Source of the DNA: Candidatus Latescibacterota bacterium
GTDB lineage: Bacteria > Latescibacterota > UBA2968
Length of the DNA: 64,000 nt
Direction: 5' to 3'
Assembly: GCA_965208125.1 (NCBI GenBank)
Contig: OZ242320.1
Coordinates: 672,001-736,000 of the forward strand
Both the position numbers and the translations under genes were made by a program. The notes below the pieces were generated by a model, which did not search any database, was not told the DNA's origin, and saw only the letters and a program-made list of their open reading frames with translations. Shown here in pieces: positions 48,904 through 58,225 of the stretch. The stretch's first letter is position 1, and the number at the start of each line of letters is the position of its first letter.

Positions 48904-51105
48904 TTAAAAAAACGACAACTTGTAATGCGCTTTAACACTCCGCCCTGTCTCGGGCATCACGGATCGAATGCGCGAGAGATGATTGCGGTATTCCGTATCC
49001 AAAAGGTTGTCCAAAGAGAGAATAATACTATGGCGGGTATGGTCGGTGTTAATGTCGCGCTGGGCATAGACACTGAAAACAGCATAGCCATCCGTAGGAT
49101 CTTCGAATATATCCACGCGCTCCTGTCCTGCGACAAATTCCGCAGTCCCACCAACCGTAAGATAAGGATGCTGATATGTCGCACTGCCCACAAACTTGAG
49201 CGGTGGCATCTCGGGCAAGGGCAACTGCTCATCCCGGTTCTCTCCACGCACATAACTGCCGTTCAATTCCAGATCCAAACGCGTATTCAAACGCCACCCC
49301 AGATGCATCTCCAGACCCAAAAATCGCGCGGCAACACCATCGGCAGCGTAAATCGGCAGCAGTTGGGCAAAATTGATCTCTCCGGTATTGCGCGGGGCAA
49401 TATAGGTATCAAACTCGTTCCAATATCCGCTCAAAACAAAATCGACACCCGGTTGCAAATAATGAAAAAAGACCTCGAAGCCCAGACTCGTCTCTGCTTC
49501 CAGATCAACATTACCCACCTCAAAAGTGTACGCAGCCAGATGCGGTCCATCGTTGTAAAGCTCTTCAATCGTGGGCACGCGCTGAGACCGGCTGAAATTG
49601 AAACCTCCAGTCAGCCGATCAGTAATGTTCACAAGCGGACTAATTGCTGCGGACCAGGCATGAAAGGTGCGATCTACACCGAGATCTGCAATGCTCTTTG
49701 TTCTTGGACGCGGATCAAAGTCGGCATACGTATAACGCGCAGAAGCCTGAAATTCGATGTGTCGATAGCTAAACTCGTGATAAAAACTAAGGTAAGCGTT
49801 TTGCTCTCGCGTGGGCGGCGTAAAAACAAACGCCCCCAATTTGAGATGGTGGTGGCCAAAGCCCAGGGACAGAACGGTATTTCGCGTCTGACCCTGTGTG
49901 TTCATAAGCAATTTGAGATCACCGCGGTAGTCGTGGAACAAAAACTCGGACCCAATATTACCGCTGGATTCGTACTCGAAGTGGTGATAGTAAGTCCTGG
50001 TAAAATCCACCTCTACACTACTGAACACCTGACGATCAAAATGGTATGCCGCCTTGCCATCAAATACCCGACGCTCAATATCCAGATCCACGCCATTGGG
50101 ATGCCCGCCAATAAATCCGCCGGGAATGCCGTATTGGGTCAAAAACTGATCAAAAGAAGCCCCGATATATCCCCGGTCAGTCGGATATGACAGACCGAGC
50201 GTATGCGTACGCGTTTCAATCGGTGTATTGGCGAGCCTGCCAATAGGCGTTTGCACATCCCGGGTATTGCGGTACGTAGTCTCGGCATACAGCGCAAGCG
50301 GACCCACGGGCACTGTAATCCCAGCGGCAGAGAGATACCCTCGATTGACCGTCTCGCCATAAGCACCAACACTGCCAGAAACGCGCTGCGGATGGTCTTC
50401 CGGAATCTTCTGTTTCACGACATTGATAACCCCACCAATAGCCGATGCCGTGTGAAGCAGGATGCGCGGTCCCCGAATAATTTCGAGGCGTTCTGAATTA
50501 AAAGGCTCAAGCGTAACCGCGTGATCAGCAGAAGTAGCGGATAAATCGCGGGTCTCCATACCATCTATATTGATCTGCACGCGATCGCCACTGAGACCGC
50601 GTATAACTGGTCGAGCAGGTGCAGGTCCCATGCTGCGGATGGCGACGCCGATTTCGTTTTTCATCGTCTCTGCAAGCGTGAGGCTGTACCTCTTCTGAAG
50701 TTCATCTCCAGAAAGCACGCCAGTCGCTTCGTACAATTCTTCAAAGCGCGTCTCCGCATTTTTTTCTACCACCTCAATGGTATCCGTAACAATTTCCCGG
50801 GCGACCATTTCGATGTACAGAACGGGCAATTTCTCATCCGAAACCCTTATTTCCCGACTCACCAATCCATACCCGACACGAAAAAAAGACAGGCGATGAA
50901 CGCCCTCCGGCAGATGAAAGATAAAACGGCCCCGATCATCGGTTGTCGTGCCCTCTGCGCCATCATTGACTTTGATATCAACATCGCCGATTGCACGTTG
51001 GGTTTTGCGATCAAAAACATATCCCTCGAGCAATCGCGTCTCTTGAGATGCGCCGATCGCAAAAAAAAAGAACACAACAACCAAAAAAGAAGTCGTGAAT
51101 CTCAA
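48904..51105 (-). CDS. TonB-dependent receptor (ZnuD-like), copy A
   Basis: N-terminal carboxypeptidase-regulatory-like domain, RPVIRGLSGDRV plug, ELYNDGPHLAAYTFEVGN, C-terminal F; TTG start after GGAG. Confidence 0.88.
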   Translation of the reverse strand: MRFTTSFLVVVFFFFAIGASQETRLLEGYVFDRKTQRAIGDVDIKVNDGAEGTTTDDRGRFIFHLPEGVHRLSFFRVGYGLVSREIRVSDEKLPVLYIEMVAREIVTDTIEVVEKNAETRFEELYEATGVLSGDELQKRYSLTLAETMKNEIGVAIRSMGPAPARPVIRGLSGDRVQINIDGMETRDLSATSADHAVTLEPFNSERLEIIRGPRILLHTASAIGGVINVVKQKIPEDHPQRVSGSVGAYGETVNRGYLSAAGITVPVGPLALYAETTYRNTRDVQTPIGRLANTPIETRTHTLGLSYPTDRGYIGASFDQFLTQYGIPGGFIGGHPNGVDLDIERRVFDGKAAYHFDRQVFSSVEVDFTRTYYHHFEYESSGNIGSEFLFHDYRGDLKLLMNTQGQTRNTVLSLGFGHHHLKLGAFVFTPPTREQNAYLSFYHEFSYRHIEFQASARYTYADFDPRPRTKSIADLGVDRTFHAWSAAISPLVNITDRLTGGFNFSRSQRVPTIEELYNDGPHLAAYTFEVGNVDLEAETSLGFEVFFHYLQPGVDFVLSGYWNEFDTYIAPRNTGEINFAQLLPIYAADGVAARFLGLEMHLGWRLNTRLDLELNGSYVRGENRDEQLPLPEMPPLKFVGSATYQHPYLTVGGTAEFVAGQERVDIFEDPTDGYAVFSVYAQRDINTDHTRHSIILSLDNLLDTEYRNHLSRIRSVMPETGRSVKAHYKLSFF

Positions 51106-51123
51106 AACGAATCTCCAACAGAG

Positions 51124-51163
51124 AAAAAGCCCCCACCCTGTGTCTGAAAGACCGGATGAGGGC
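51124..51163 (-). terminator. Terminator-like hairpin between lipoprotein and TBDR (A)
   Basis: gccctcatcc..gggtgggggc-TTTTT. Confidence 0.65.
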
Positions 51164-51173
51164 AAAGCAGTTA

Positions 51174-51662
51174 CTACTCTCCGACATGCACCGGAATGGG
51201 AATGGTGCGAAAATCCACATGATCGCCATGCGTGACCTGGAGTTCAATCGTAGTTTCGCCTACCTTGAGACCCCGCAGGTGAAAATCAAACTTGCCGACA
51301 TCGCCAGGATCCTGAACAACTTCCAAAACCGTGGGATCGGCAATCGCCCATGTAAATCTGAAATCCGGATCATCTGGCGGGTCAATCTCGTCGCCATGGT
51401 CATCCAGAAAACGGATGCTCCAGTGTGGCGTTTCCTCATTGAGGGGGGCGTCGAGATGATCTTTCCGACCACCGCTGGCATCAATCTGCCCTTGATAATA
51501 GCGGAAAAAACGATTGCCCGAATCTATGATAACCAGACCCTCGGGTTCGAAATGCTCTTCCTGGTGAGACATAGGATCATCACTACCACAACCAATCACA
51601 AACAAAGTCAGAACTGCCACAGCAGCAAAAATGCGTTGAAACGAGTTTCTTACAAAAAACAT
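51174..51662 (-). CDS. His-containing lipoprotein, copy A
   Basis: Lipobox VIGC, HQEEHFE, HGDH; SD AGGAG. Confidence 0.85.
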   Translation of the reverse strand: MFFVRNSFQRIFAAVAVLTLFVIGCGSDDPMSHQEEHFEPEGLVIIDSGNRFFRYYQGQIDASGGRKDHLDAPLNEETPHWSIRFLDDHGDEIDPPDDPDFRFTWAIADPTVLEVVQDPGDVGKFDFHLRGLKVGETTIELQVTHGDHVDFRTIPIPVHVGE

Positions 51663-51800
51663 GATAGTCTCCTGAATGGTAAAACCTGTACAGGACGCAC
51701 GGGTAGAGAACACATAGAGGGAGAGACTCTGCCCGCGCTCGCAAAAAAGACGTAAAAATATAAAAAATAATGCAAATTTCAGTATTAAGATATTCAGTAT

Positions 51801-52079
51801 TCAGGAAACTACTGGAGGGGATCGGCCCTGAGGCGAAAGGAAAAACTGGTGGGATAAAAATGTGAGATGCGGCAGAATAGCAAAACAACAGGCATATAAT
51901 ACACCAAAAACGACTATCGCACTGATAAGACCACTAAAGCTATAAACCCAATGGCAAACGAGGCAATGGATGTCATGTTCAACATGGTCAACCGCATGCC
52001 CAAAGGCAAAGACAAACGCGCCGATGAACAATATGGCGATCAGCCTTTTAACGAGTGGGTGTCTGAGGTAGAGATTCAT
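51801..52079 (-). CDS. DUF2946/CruR/CutF-like uORF, copy A
   Basis: TM segment, GHAVDHVEHDIHCLVCH, C-terminal QGRSPPVVS. Confidence 0.75.
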   Translation of the reverse strand: MNLYLRHPLVKRLIAILFIGAFVFAFGHAVDHVEHDIHCLVCHWVYSFSGLISAIVVFGVLYACCFAILPHLTFLSHQFFLSPQGRSPPVVS

Positions 52080-52246
52080 TTTTAATACTATATAGGTCAT
52101 CTCGAGCAAACATTTTCTGCTACAAGTGGCGTTGATCTTTTTCGCCTCTTAAGTTCAAAGATAGAGCTTGACCCCAAAAAGAGCAAGCCCCAGATCAGCA
52201 GACTGAACTGGGGCGTAGTGAAGTGTCAGCATATCTGACCGCTAAA

Positions 52247-54448
52247 TTAAAAGAAAAACATCTTGTAATGCACTTTAACACTCCGCCCTGTTTCGGGCAT
52301 CACGGATCGAATGCGCGAAAGATGATTGCGGTATTCCGTATCCAAAAGGTTATCAACAGAGAGAATAATACTATGGCGGGTATGATTGGTGTTAATATCG
52401 CGCTGGGCATACACACCGAAAACAGCATAGCCATCCGTAGGCTCTTCGAATATATCCACCCGCTCTTGTCCTGCGACAAATTCCGCAGTCCCGCCAACCG
52501 TAAGATAGGGATGCTGATATGTCGTACTGCCCACAAACTTGAGCGGTGGCATCTCGGGCAAGGGCAACTGCTCATCCCGGTTCTCTCCACGCACATAACT
52601 GCCGTTCAATTCCAGATCCAAACGCGTATTCAAACGCCACCCCAGATACATCTCCAGACCCAAAAACCGAGCGGCAACACCATCGGCAGCGTAAATCGGC
52701 AGCAGTTGGGCAAAATTGATCTCTCCGGTATTGCGCGGGGCAATATAGGTATCAAACTCGTTCCAATATCCGCTCAAAACGAAATCGACGCCCGGTTGCA
52801 AATAGTGAAAAAAAACTTCGAAGCCCAGGCTCGTCTCGGCCCCGAGATCGACATTGCCCACCTCAAAAGTGTACGCAGCCAGATGCGGTCCATCGTTGTA
52901 AAGCTCTTCAATAGTAGGCTCCCGCTGGGATCGGCTGAAATTAAAACCGCCAGTTAGCTGATCGGTAATGTTCACAAGCGGACTAATTGCCGCAGACCAG
53001 GCGTGAAAGGTGCGACCTACATCGAGAGCCGCAATACTCCTTGTCGTCGGACGCGGATCAAAATCGGCATACGTATAACGCGCAGAAGCCTGAAATTCGA
53101 TATCGCGATAAATAAATTCGTGGTAGAGACCTAATGAAGCGCATTGCTCTCGCGTGGGCGGCGTAAAAACAAAACCCCCCAATTTGAGGTTATGATGGCC
53201 AAAGCCGAGGGACAGAACGGTATTTCGCGTCTGACCCTGCGTGTTCATAAGCAATTTGAGATCACCGCGGTAGTCGTGGAACAAAAACTCGGACCCAATA
53301 CTGCCGCTGGACTCGTACTCGAAGTGGTGATAGAAGGTCCTGGTAAAATCCATTTCTACACTACTGAACACCTGGTGATCAAAATGGAAGGCCGCCCTGC
53401 CATCAAATATCCGACGATCAATATCCAGATCTACGCCATTGGGATGCCCGCCAATAAATCCACCGGGAATGCCGTATTGGGTATCGAACTGATCAAACGA
53501 GGCACCGATATACCCCCGGTCAGTCGGGTATGACAGACCGAGCGTATGTGTGCGCGTATCAATAGGTGTATTGACAAGCCTGCCAATGGGCGTTTGCACA
53601 TCCCGGGTATTGCGGTACGTAGTCTCGGCATACAGCGCAAGCGGACCCACAGGCACTGTAATCCCAGCGGCAGAGAGATACCCTCGATTGACCGTCTCGC
53701 CATAAGCACCAACACTGCCAGAAACGCGCTGCGGATGGTCTTCCGGTATCTTCTGTTTGACGACATTGATAACCCCACCAATAGCCGATGCCGTGTGAAG
53801 CAGGATGCGCGGTCCCCGAATAATTTCGAGGCGTTCTGAATTAAAAGGCTCAAGCGTAACCGCGTGATCAGCAGAAGTAGCGGATAAATCTCGAGTCTCC
53901 ATACCATCTATATTAATCTGCACGCGGTCGCCACTGAGGCCACGTATAACTGGTCGAGCAGGTGCAGGCCCCATGCTGCGGATGGCGACGCCGATTTCGT
54001 TTTTCATCGTCTCTGCAAGCGTGAGACTGTACTTCTTCTGAAGTTCATCTCCAGAAAGCACGCCAGTCGCTTCGTACAATTCTTCAAAGCGCGTCTCTGC
54101 ACTTTGGGCGACCACCTCAATGGTATCCGCAACAATTTCCCGGGCAACCATTTCGATGTACAAAATGGGCAATTTCTCATCCGAAACCCTTATTTCCCGA
54201 CTCACCAATCCATACCCGACACGAAAAAAAGACAGGCGATAAACACCCTCCGGCAGACGCAAGATAAAACGGCCCCGATCATCGGTTGTTGTACCCACCG
54301 CGTCATCATCGAGTATGATATCGACATTGTCAATTGTGCGTTGGGTCTTGTGATCAAAAACATATCCCTCGAGCAAACGCATTTCACTCGATGCGTTGAT
54401 CGCGGAAAAGCAGACCACAAAAACGAGAATGAAGGCTGTAAATCTCAA
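52247..54448 (-). CDS. TonB-dependent receptor (ZnuD-like), copy B
   Basis: Same motifs as copy A; SD AGGAGG then TTG at 54448. Confidence 0.88.
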   Translation of the reverse strand: MRFTAFILVFVVCFSAINASSEMRLLEGYVFDHKTQRTIDNVDIILDDDAVGTTTDDRGRFILRLPEGVYRLSFFRVGYGLVSREIRVSDEKLPILYIEMVAREIVADTIEVVAQSAETRFEELYEATGVLSGDELQKKYSLTLAETMKNEIGVAIRSMGPAPARPVIRGLSGDRVQINIDGMETRDLSATSADHAVTLEPFNSERLEIIRGPRILLHTASAIGGVINVVKQKIPEDHPQRVSGSVGAYGETVNRGYLSAAGITVPVGPLALYAETTYRNTRDVQTPIGRLVNTPIDTRTHTLGLSYPTDRGYIGASFDQFDTQYGIPGGFIGGHPNGVDLDIDRRIFDGRAAFHFDHQVFSSVEMDFTRTFYHHFEYESSGSIGSEFLFHDYRGDLKLLMNTQGQTRNTVLSLGFGHHNLKLGGFVFTPPTREQCASLGLYHEFIYRDIEFQASARYTYADFDPRPTTRSIAALDVGRTFHAWSAAISPLVNITDQLTGGFNFSRSQREPTIEELYNDGPHLAAYTFEVGNVDLGAETSLGFEVFFHYLQPGVDFVLSGYWNEFDTYIAPRNTGEINFAQLLPIYAADGVAARFLGLEMYLGWRLNTRLDLELNGSYVRGENRDEQLPLPEMPPLKFVGSTTYQHPYLTVGGTAEFVAGQERVDIFEEPTDGYAVFGVYAQRDINTNHTRHSIILSVDNLLDTEYRNHLSRIRSVMPETGRSVKVHYKMFFF

Positions 54449-54462
54449 AACATACCTCCTAT

Positions 54463-54502
54463 AAAAAGCCCTCACCCTGTGTCTGAAAGACCGGGTGAGG
54501 GC
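54463..54502 (-). terminator. Terminator-like hairpin between lipoprotein and TBDR (B)
   Basis: gccctcaccc..gggtgagggc-TTTTT, perfect 10-bp stem. Confidence 0.7.
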
Positions 54503-54512
54503 AAAGCAGTTA

Positions 54513-55001
54513 CTACTCTCCGACATGCACGGGAATGGGAATCGTGCGAAAATCCACATGATCGCCATGCGTGACCTGGAGTTCAATCGTAGTTTCGCCT
54601 ACCTTGAGACCGCGCAGGTGAAAATCAAACTTGCCGACATCGCCAGGATCCTGAACAACTTCCAAAACCGTGGGATCGGCAATCGCCCATGTAAATCTGA
54701 AATCCGGATCATCTGGCGGGTCAATCTCGTCGCCATGGTCATCCAGAAAACGGATGCTCCAGTGTGGCGTTTCCTCATTGAGGGGGGCGTCGAGATGATC
54801 TTTCCGACCACCGCTGGCATCAATCTGCCCTTGATAATAGCGGAAAAAACGATTGCCCGAATCTATGATAACCAGACCCTCGGGTTCGAAATGCTCTTCC
54901 TGATGAGACGTGGGATCGTCACTACCACAACCGATCACAAAGAAAGTCAGAACTGCCATAGCAGCAAAGTTGCGTTGAAAAGATTTTCTACTAAAAAACA
55001 T
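54513..55001 (-). CDS. His-containing lipoprotein, copy B
   Basis: Mature part essentially identical to copy A. Confidence 0.85.
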   Translation of the reverse strand: MFFSRKSFQRNFAAMAVLTFFVIGCGSDDPTSHQEEHFEPEGLVIIDSGNRFFRYYQGQIDASGGRKDHLDAPLNEETPHWSIRFLDDHGDEIDPPDDPDFRFTWAIADPTVLEVVQDPGDVGKFDFHLRGLKVGETTIELQVTHGDHVDFRTIPIPVHVGE

Positions 55002-55140
55002 GATATAGTCTCCTGAATGGTAAAACCTGTACAGTACGCACGGGTAGAGAACACGCAGAGGAAGCCCCTCTTATGCCCGCACAAAAAGGCACAAAAATAC
55101 AGAAAAATAATGCAAACTTTAGTATTGAGATATTCAGTAT

Positions 55141-55428
55141 TCAGAAGACTACTGGAGGGGATCGACTCTGAGGTGAAAGGGAAAACTGGTGGGATAAAAA
55201 TGTGGGATGCGGCAGAGCCAAAAAATAACAGGCGTATAATACACCAAAAACGACTATGGCACTGATAAGACCACTAAAACTATAAACCCAATGGCAAACG
55301 AAGCAATGGGTGTCATGTTCACCATGTTCACCATGGTCAACCGCATGCCCAAAGGCAAGGGCAAACGCGCCGACGAGCAATATGACGATCAGCGTTTTAA
55401 CGAGCGGGGGTCTGAGGTAGAGATTCAT
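55141..55428 (-). CDS. DUF2946/CruR/CutF-like uORF, copy B
   Basis: GHAVDHGEHGEHDTHCFVCH, C-terminal QSRSPPVVF. Confidence 0.75.
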   Translation of the reverse strand: MNLYLRPPLVKTLIVILLVGAFALAFGHAVDHGEHGEHDTHCFVCHWVYSFSGLISAIVVFGVLYACYFLALPHPTFLSHQFSLSPQSRSPPVVF

Positions 55429-55481
55429 TTTTAATACTATATGGGGCTACCACGAGCAAAAATAGTTGTCTATCAGTGCGT

Positions 55482-55958
55482 CTATTTGTCCCCTGCGGAA
55501 TGCGCTCGCAATTGTCTAATCGATTGCAATCGCAAAAGTAGCTTTTCGAGATTTGATTTTAGCTCTTTTTGGATCTCGACCATTTGCTCGGGCGTCACCT
55601 GTAGATCTTCTTTTTCGTGATGGTGATCATGGCCGTGATCATGGCCGTGATCATGGCCGTGATCATGGGCCTCTGCCGAGTCATCTCCCGGCACTTCAAC
55701 CACATTTTTTTCCCACAATTCAAAGTCTTTTTCGATAACCTGAAGACTATCGCGTATTTCCACAGCATGATGTGAAAGTGACTTTAGACTATCCAGTTGA
55801 TTCTCAAATTGCTTTTCAATTTCCATCATCGCCTTGTGAATATCCGCCGCCTGTTGCAAGTGGTGTGCATCTTCTTTATTTTCTCCCTGGCAAGAAACAA
55901 AGAACGCAAACACTATAACACTTATCACTTTGAGCCGCATTGGATTTTGTTTCTCCAT
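55482..55958 (-). CDS. His-rich coiled-coil lipoprotein
   Basis: Lipobox FVSC; HDHGHDHGHDHGHDHHH. Confidence 0.8.
   Translation of the reverse strand: MEKQNPMRLKVISVIVFAFFVSCQGENKEDAHHLQQAADIHKAMMEIEKQFENQLDSLKSLSHHAVEIRDSLQVIEKDFELWEKNVVEVPGDDSAEAHDHGHDHGHDHGHDHHHEKEDLQVTPEQMVEIQKELKSNLEKLLLRLQSIRQLRAHSAGDK
55623..55668. repeat. 12-bp tandem repeat (about 3.8 x gtgatcatggcc) encoding HDHG
   Basis: Read directly from the sequence. Confidence 0.9.
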
Positions 55959-55986
55959 ATTTTACGTCTCCTTTCACATGTTTATC

Positions 55987-56385
55987 CTATTTTTCACAAT
56001 CATCTTTGCGACATAAATGATGATTCCGAATATGGCCTGAGATCAAAAATCCCGACCCTAAAACGGTCCCCACCCGTTCCCCTATTTCCCCAAAAAGATC
56101 ATGGCCAACCATAACCATTACGACGAGGAGGGACAGCCCGAAGATACCGAAACCAATGACAAATTGATCTTTATGACGGCGACACCCCAATCCAAGAGCA
56201 AGAATGCTGGTGGGCAGAATCAGCCACATCAAAAGCGCATGAAAATGTTCATCGCCAACAAATGTAGTTGCCAACAACGGAAACGCAATAAGTGCAACAG
56301 GCAACGTCAAACAATGGATCGCACACATTGTTGAAAGAACAATGGCGATTTTGTCACCTGCGGTTTGATAGCTCAAACGCGCCAT
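55987..56385 (-). CDS. MerC-domain membrane protein
   Basis: DKIAIVLSTMCAIHCLTLP, four TM segments, GHIRN. Confidence 0.85.
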   Translation of the reverse strand: MARLSYQTAGDKIAIVLSTMCAIHCLTLPVALIAFPLLATTFVGDEHFHALLMWLILPTSILALGLGCRRHKDQFVIGFGIFGLSLLVVMVMVGHDLFGEIGERVGTVLGSGFLISGHIRNHHLCRKDDCEK

Positions 56386-56420
56386 TTATTATCTCCTTTT
56401 TATTCATAATAACTACACAC

Positions 56421-56954
56421 TTAATATGTATCACCAGGATTGTTTTTCATATCGCGCTTATCCACCACCTCGGCTTTGCTGATGCGAAAAAAGAGTTCGG
56501 AAGGATCTTTTTGCAACAATTCCAGGCGACCTGTAATAGTAACGGGATAATAAGTAAAATCAATCGGTTTGCTCGGGTGAATATCTACCAGAGACTCAGG
56601 CCCACCCCCGCCTACACAAAATGAACATCCCCCAAGTGAATACGGGGTCAAAACAAAACGCGCCTGTTTTTTTTGAGCCGATAGCGGAATCATAAACCCG
56701 ACAAGCTCGACGTATTTGCCATTCATTTTTTTTAACGTATCGGAAAAAATGGGTATAAAGGTCGGCGCATAAGGATCATAACTCACCGTCGCAAGGGTTT
56801 CCCAAAGCGACCCCTTCATCATCTGGGGCAGTGGAGACGCCTGAAGCTCTGGGCGATGGTCTGTTGACGAGGGCGGTGTCTCACTGCCAGTATCTATTCT
56901 CAAAACCACAGCAAATAACAAAATAAACATTACCGTGCGTTGTATATACATCAC
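56421..56954 (-). CDS. DUF3299 (ZrgD-like) protein
   Basis: GKYVELVGFMIPL, FVLTP..GCSFC..P. Confidence 0.8.
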   Translation of the reverse strand: MMYIQRTVMFILLFAVVLRIDTGSETPPSSTDHRPELQASPLPQMMKGSLWETLATVSYDPYAPTFIPIFSDTLKKMNGKYVELVGFMIPLSAQKKQARFVLTPYSLGGCSFCVGGGGPESLVDIHPSKPIDFTYYPVTITGRLELLQKDPSELFFRISKAEVVDKRDMKNNPGDTY

Positions 56955-58225
56955 GATACCTCCACCAGTGTTTGTGCAACATCTGTCCGATAGACCTGAA
57001 GCGCGGGTATAAGAGCCGATACACTACCCAACACAAGCGCCAGACCAATGAGCCAGAATTCATCGGATAAAATAATCCATCCCGTCAAATTTATATGCTG
57101 TGCCTCGCGCACCCATGCGCCAATCACTTCCGTGCTGGCATGCCCAAGCACAAAGCCCAATCCCGTGCCCATAAATGTAAGCAAAATCCCCTCCAAAAGC
57201 ACCTGAACAAAAAGTTTACCGCGACTTGCCCCCAAAGCACGCATCATAGCCAGATCGTATCGCCGATCTTTCATCGCATTATAAAGTGCCACAAAAATGC
57301 TCAACGCCGCTGCAAACACCAGAACCCCACCAAAAACCCGCACCACCTCCAACCCAACACCGAGCAATGCAAAAAGGCGCGTTGTCTCAAATGCGGGGGA
57401 CGCAGCCTGAAATTTGGTCTCTTTATTAACATACCTCGGAAATGACACGGCTGCAATAGGTGAACGATAGCGAATCAACAAACCCGTAACTTCGCGCTCG
57501 GCATCGGCTTCACTGTCCATCGGCAAACCCAGAACATCGCGTGCGCGGTTCTCATCGGCCTGGCTCTCCAGGTGGTGATCCAGTCCATCGCCCTCTTCTT
57601 CATGCGGTTCGTGAACCAGCCAGACCGTTTCCACAGCAGTCAGTAACAGACGGTCAATAATCGAACCCGTTGGTTGCAAAACACCCACCACGCGAAACGG
57701 TTGCGATTCGTGTTGTTCAGAAGCCGTTTCTGCGGTCAAACCATGCGAACTAATAACCTCATCGCCCAGTGCAAGACCTGTCTCTCTGGCAACCTGCGCG
57801 CCTACAACCACCTGGTATGGTCCATCCCAAAAAGTACCATCAACCAACTCCGCCCGGTAGTGTTTGGCGTATGCGGATGTCGTTCCCACAATGCGATATC
57901 CCCGATAATTATCCCCCAACGCCAGAGGTATCACCTGTGCAACTGCTCTGTTTTTTGCCAGTTCACGCGCCTCTAAAAGCGGAATATTTCCCGTTGGCAC
58001 GTCAACGTGAAATATACTGGATAAAATCAATTGCAGGGGACTGCCCTTAGCACCCACAACGACATCAATATTTTGAACATTGCGGTGCAAATTCTCTTCA
58101 AATTGTTCGCCAAAAAGCAACAAAACAACGACAATACCCGTTCCAAGCCCCAACAATATCATATTGAGCAATGTATTCAACTTGCGCCGATAAATATAGG
58201 CCAGACTAATTTTGAAGAGATTCAT
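56951..58225 (-). CDS. ABC permease, FtsX/MacB type (ZrgC-like)
   Basis: DVVVGAKGSPLQLILSSIFH, IPLALGDNYRGYRIVGT, LAMMRALGAS. Confidence 0.88.
   Translation of the reverse strand: MNLFKISLAYIYRRKLNTLLNMILLGLGTGIVVVLLLFGEQFEENLHRNVQNIDVVVGAKGSPLQLILSSIFHVDVPTGNIPLLEARELAKNRAVAQVIPLALGDNYRGYRIVGTTSAYAKHYRAELVDGTFWDGPYQVVVGAQVARETGLALGDEVISSHGLTAETASEQHESQPFRVVGVLQPTGSIIDRLLLTAVETVWLVHEPHEEEGDGLDHHLESQADENRARDVLGLPMDSEADAEREVTGLLIRYRSPIAAVSFPRYVNKETKFQAASPAFETTRLFALLGVGLEVVRVFGGVLVFAAALSIFVALYNAMKDRRYDLAMMRALGASRGKLFVQVLLEGILLTFMGTGLGFVLGHASTEVIGAWVREAQHINLTGWIILSDEFWLIGLALVLGSVSALIPALQVYRTDVAQTLVEVS

Larger units (their letters stand above)
48829..52110 (-). repeat. Tandem duplication, copy A (uORF-lipoprotein-TBDR-terminator)
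   Basis: Near-identical to 52168-55460; stop codons of the two receptors are 3343 bp apart. Confidence 0.95.
52168..55460 (-). repeat. Tandem duplication, copy B
   Basis: Near-identical to 48829-52110. Confidence 0.95.

Noticed and set aside
51951-51968. CxxCH as a heme c attachment site in the uORF
   Set aside because: The protein is too small and hydrophobic for a cytochrome fold, and the context plus RSPP tail fit DUF2946-like uORFs better; not fully excluded.
54449-54586. Long N-terminal extensions given by the ORF track for the TBDRs, sigma factor, TauD, Fur and COG0523
   Set aside because: They overlap upstream genes or terminators; better starts with an SD or promoter exist downstream.
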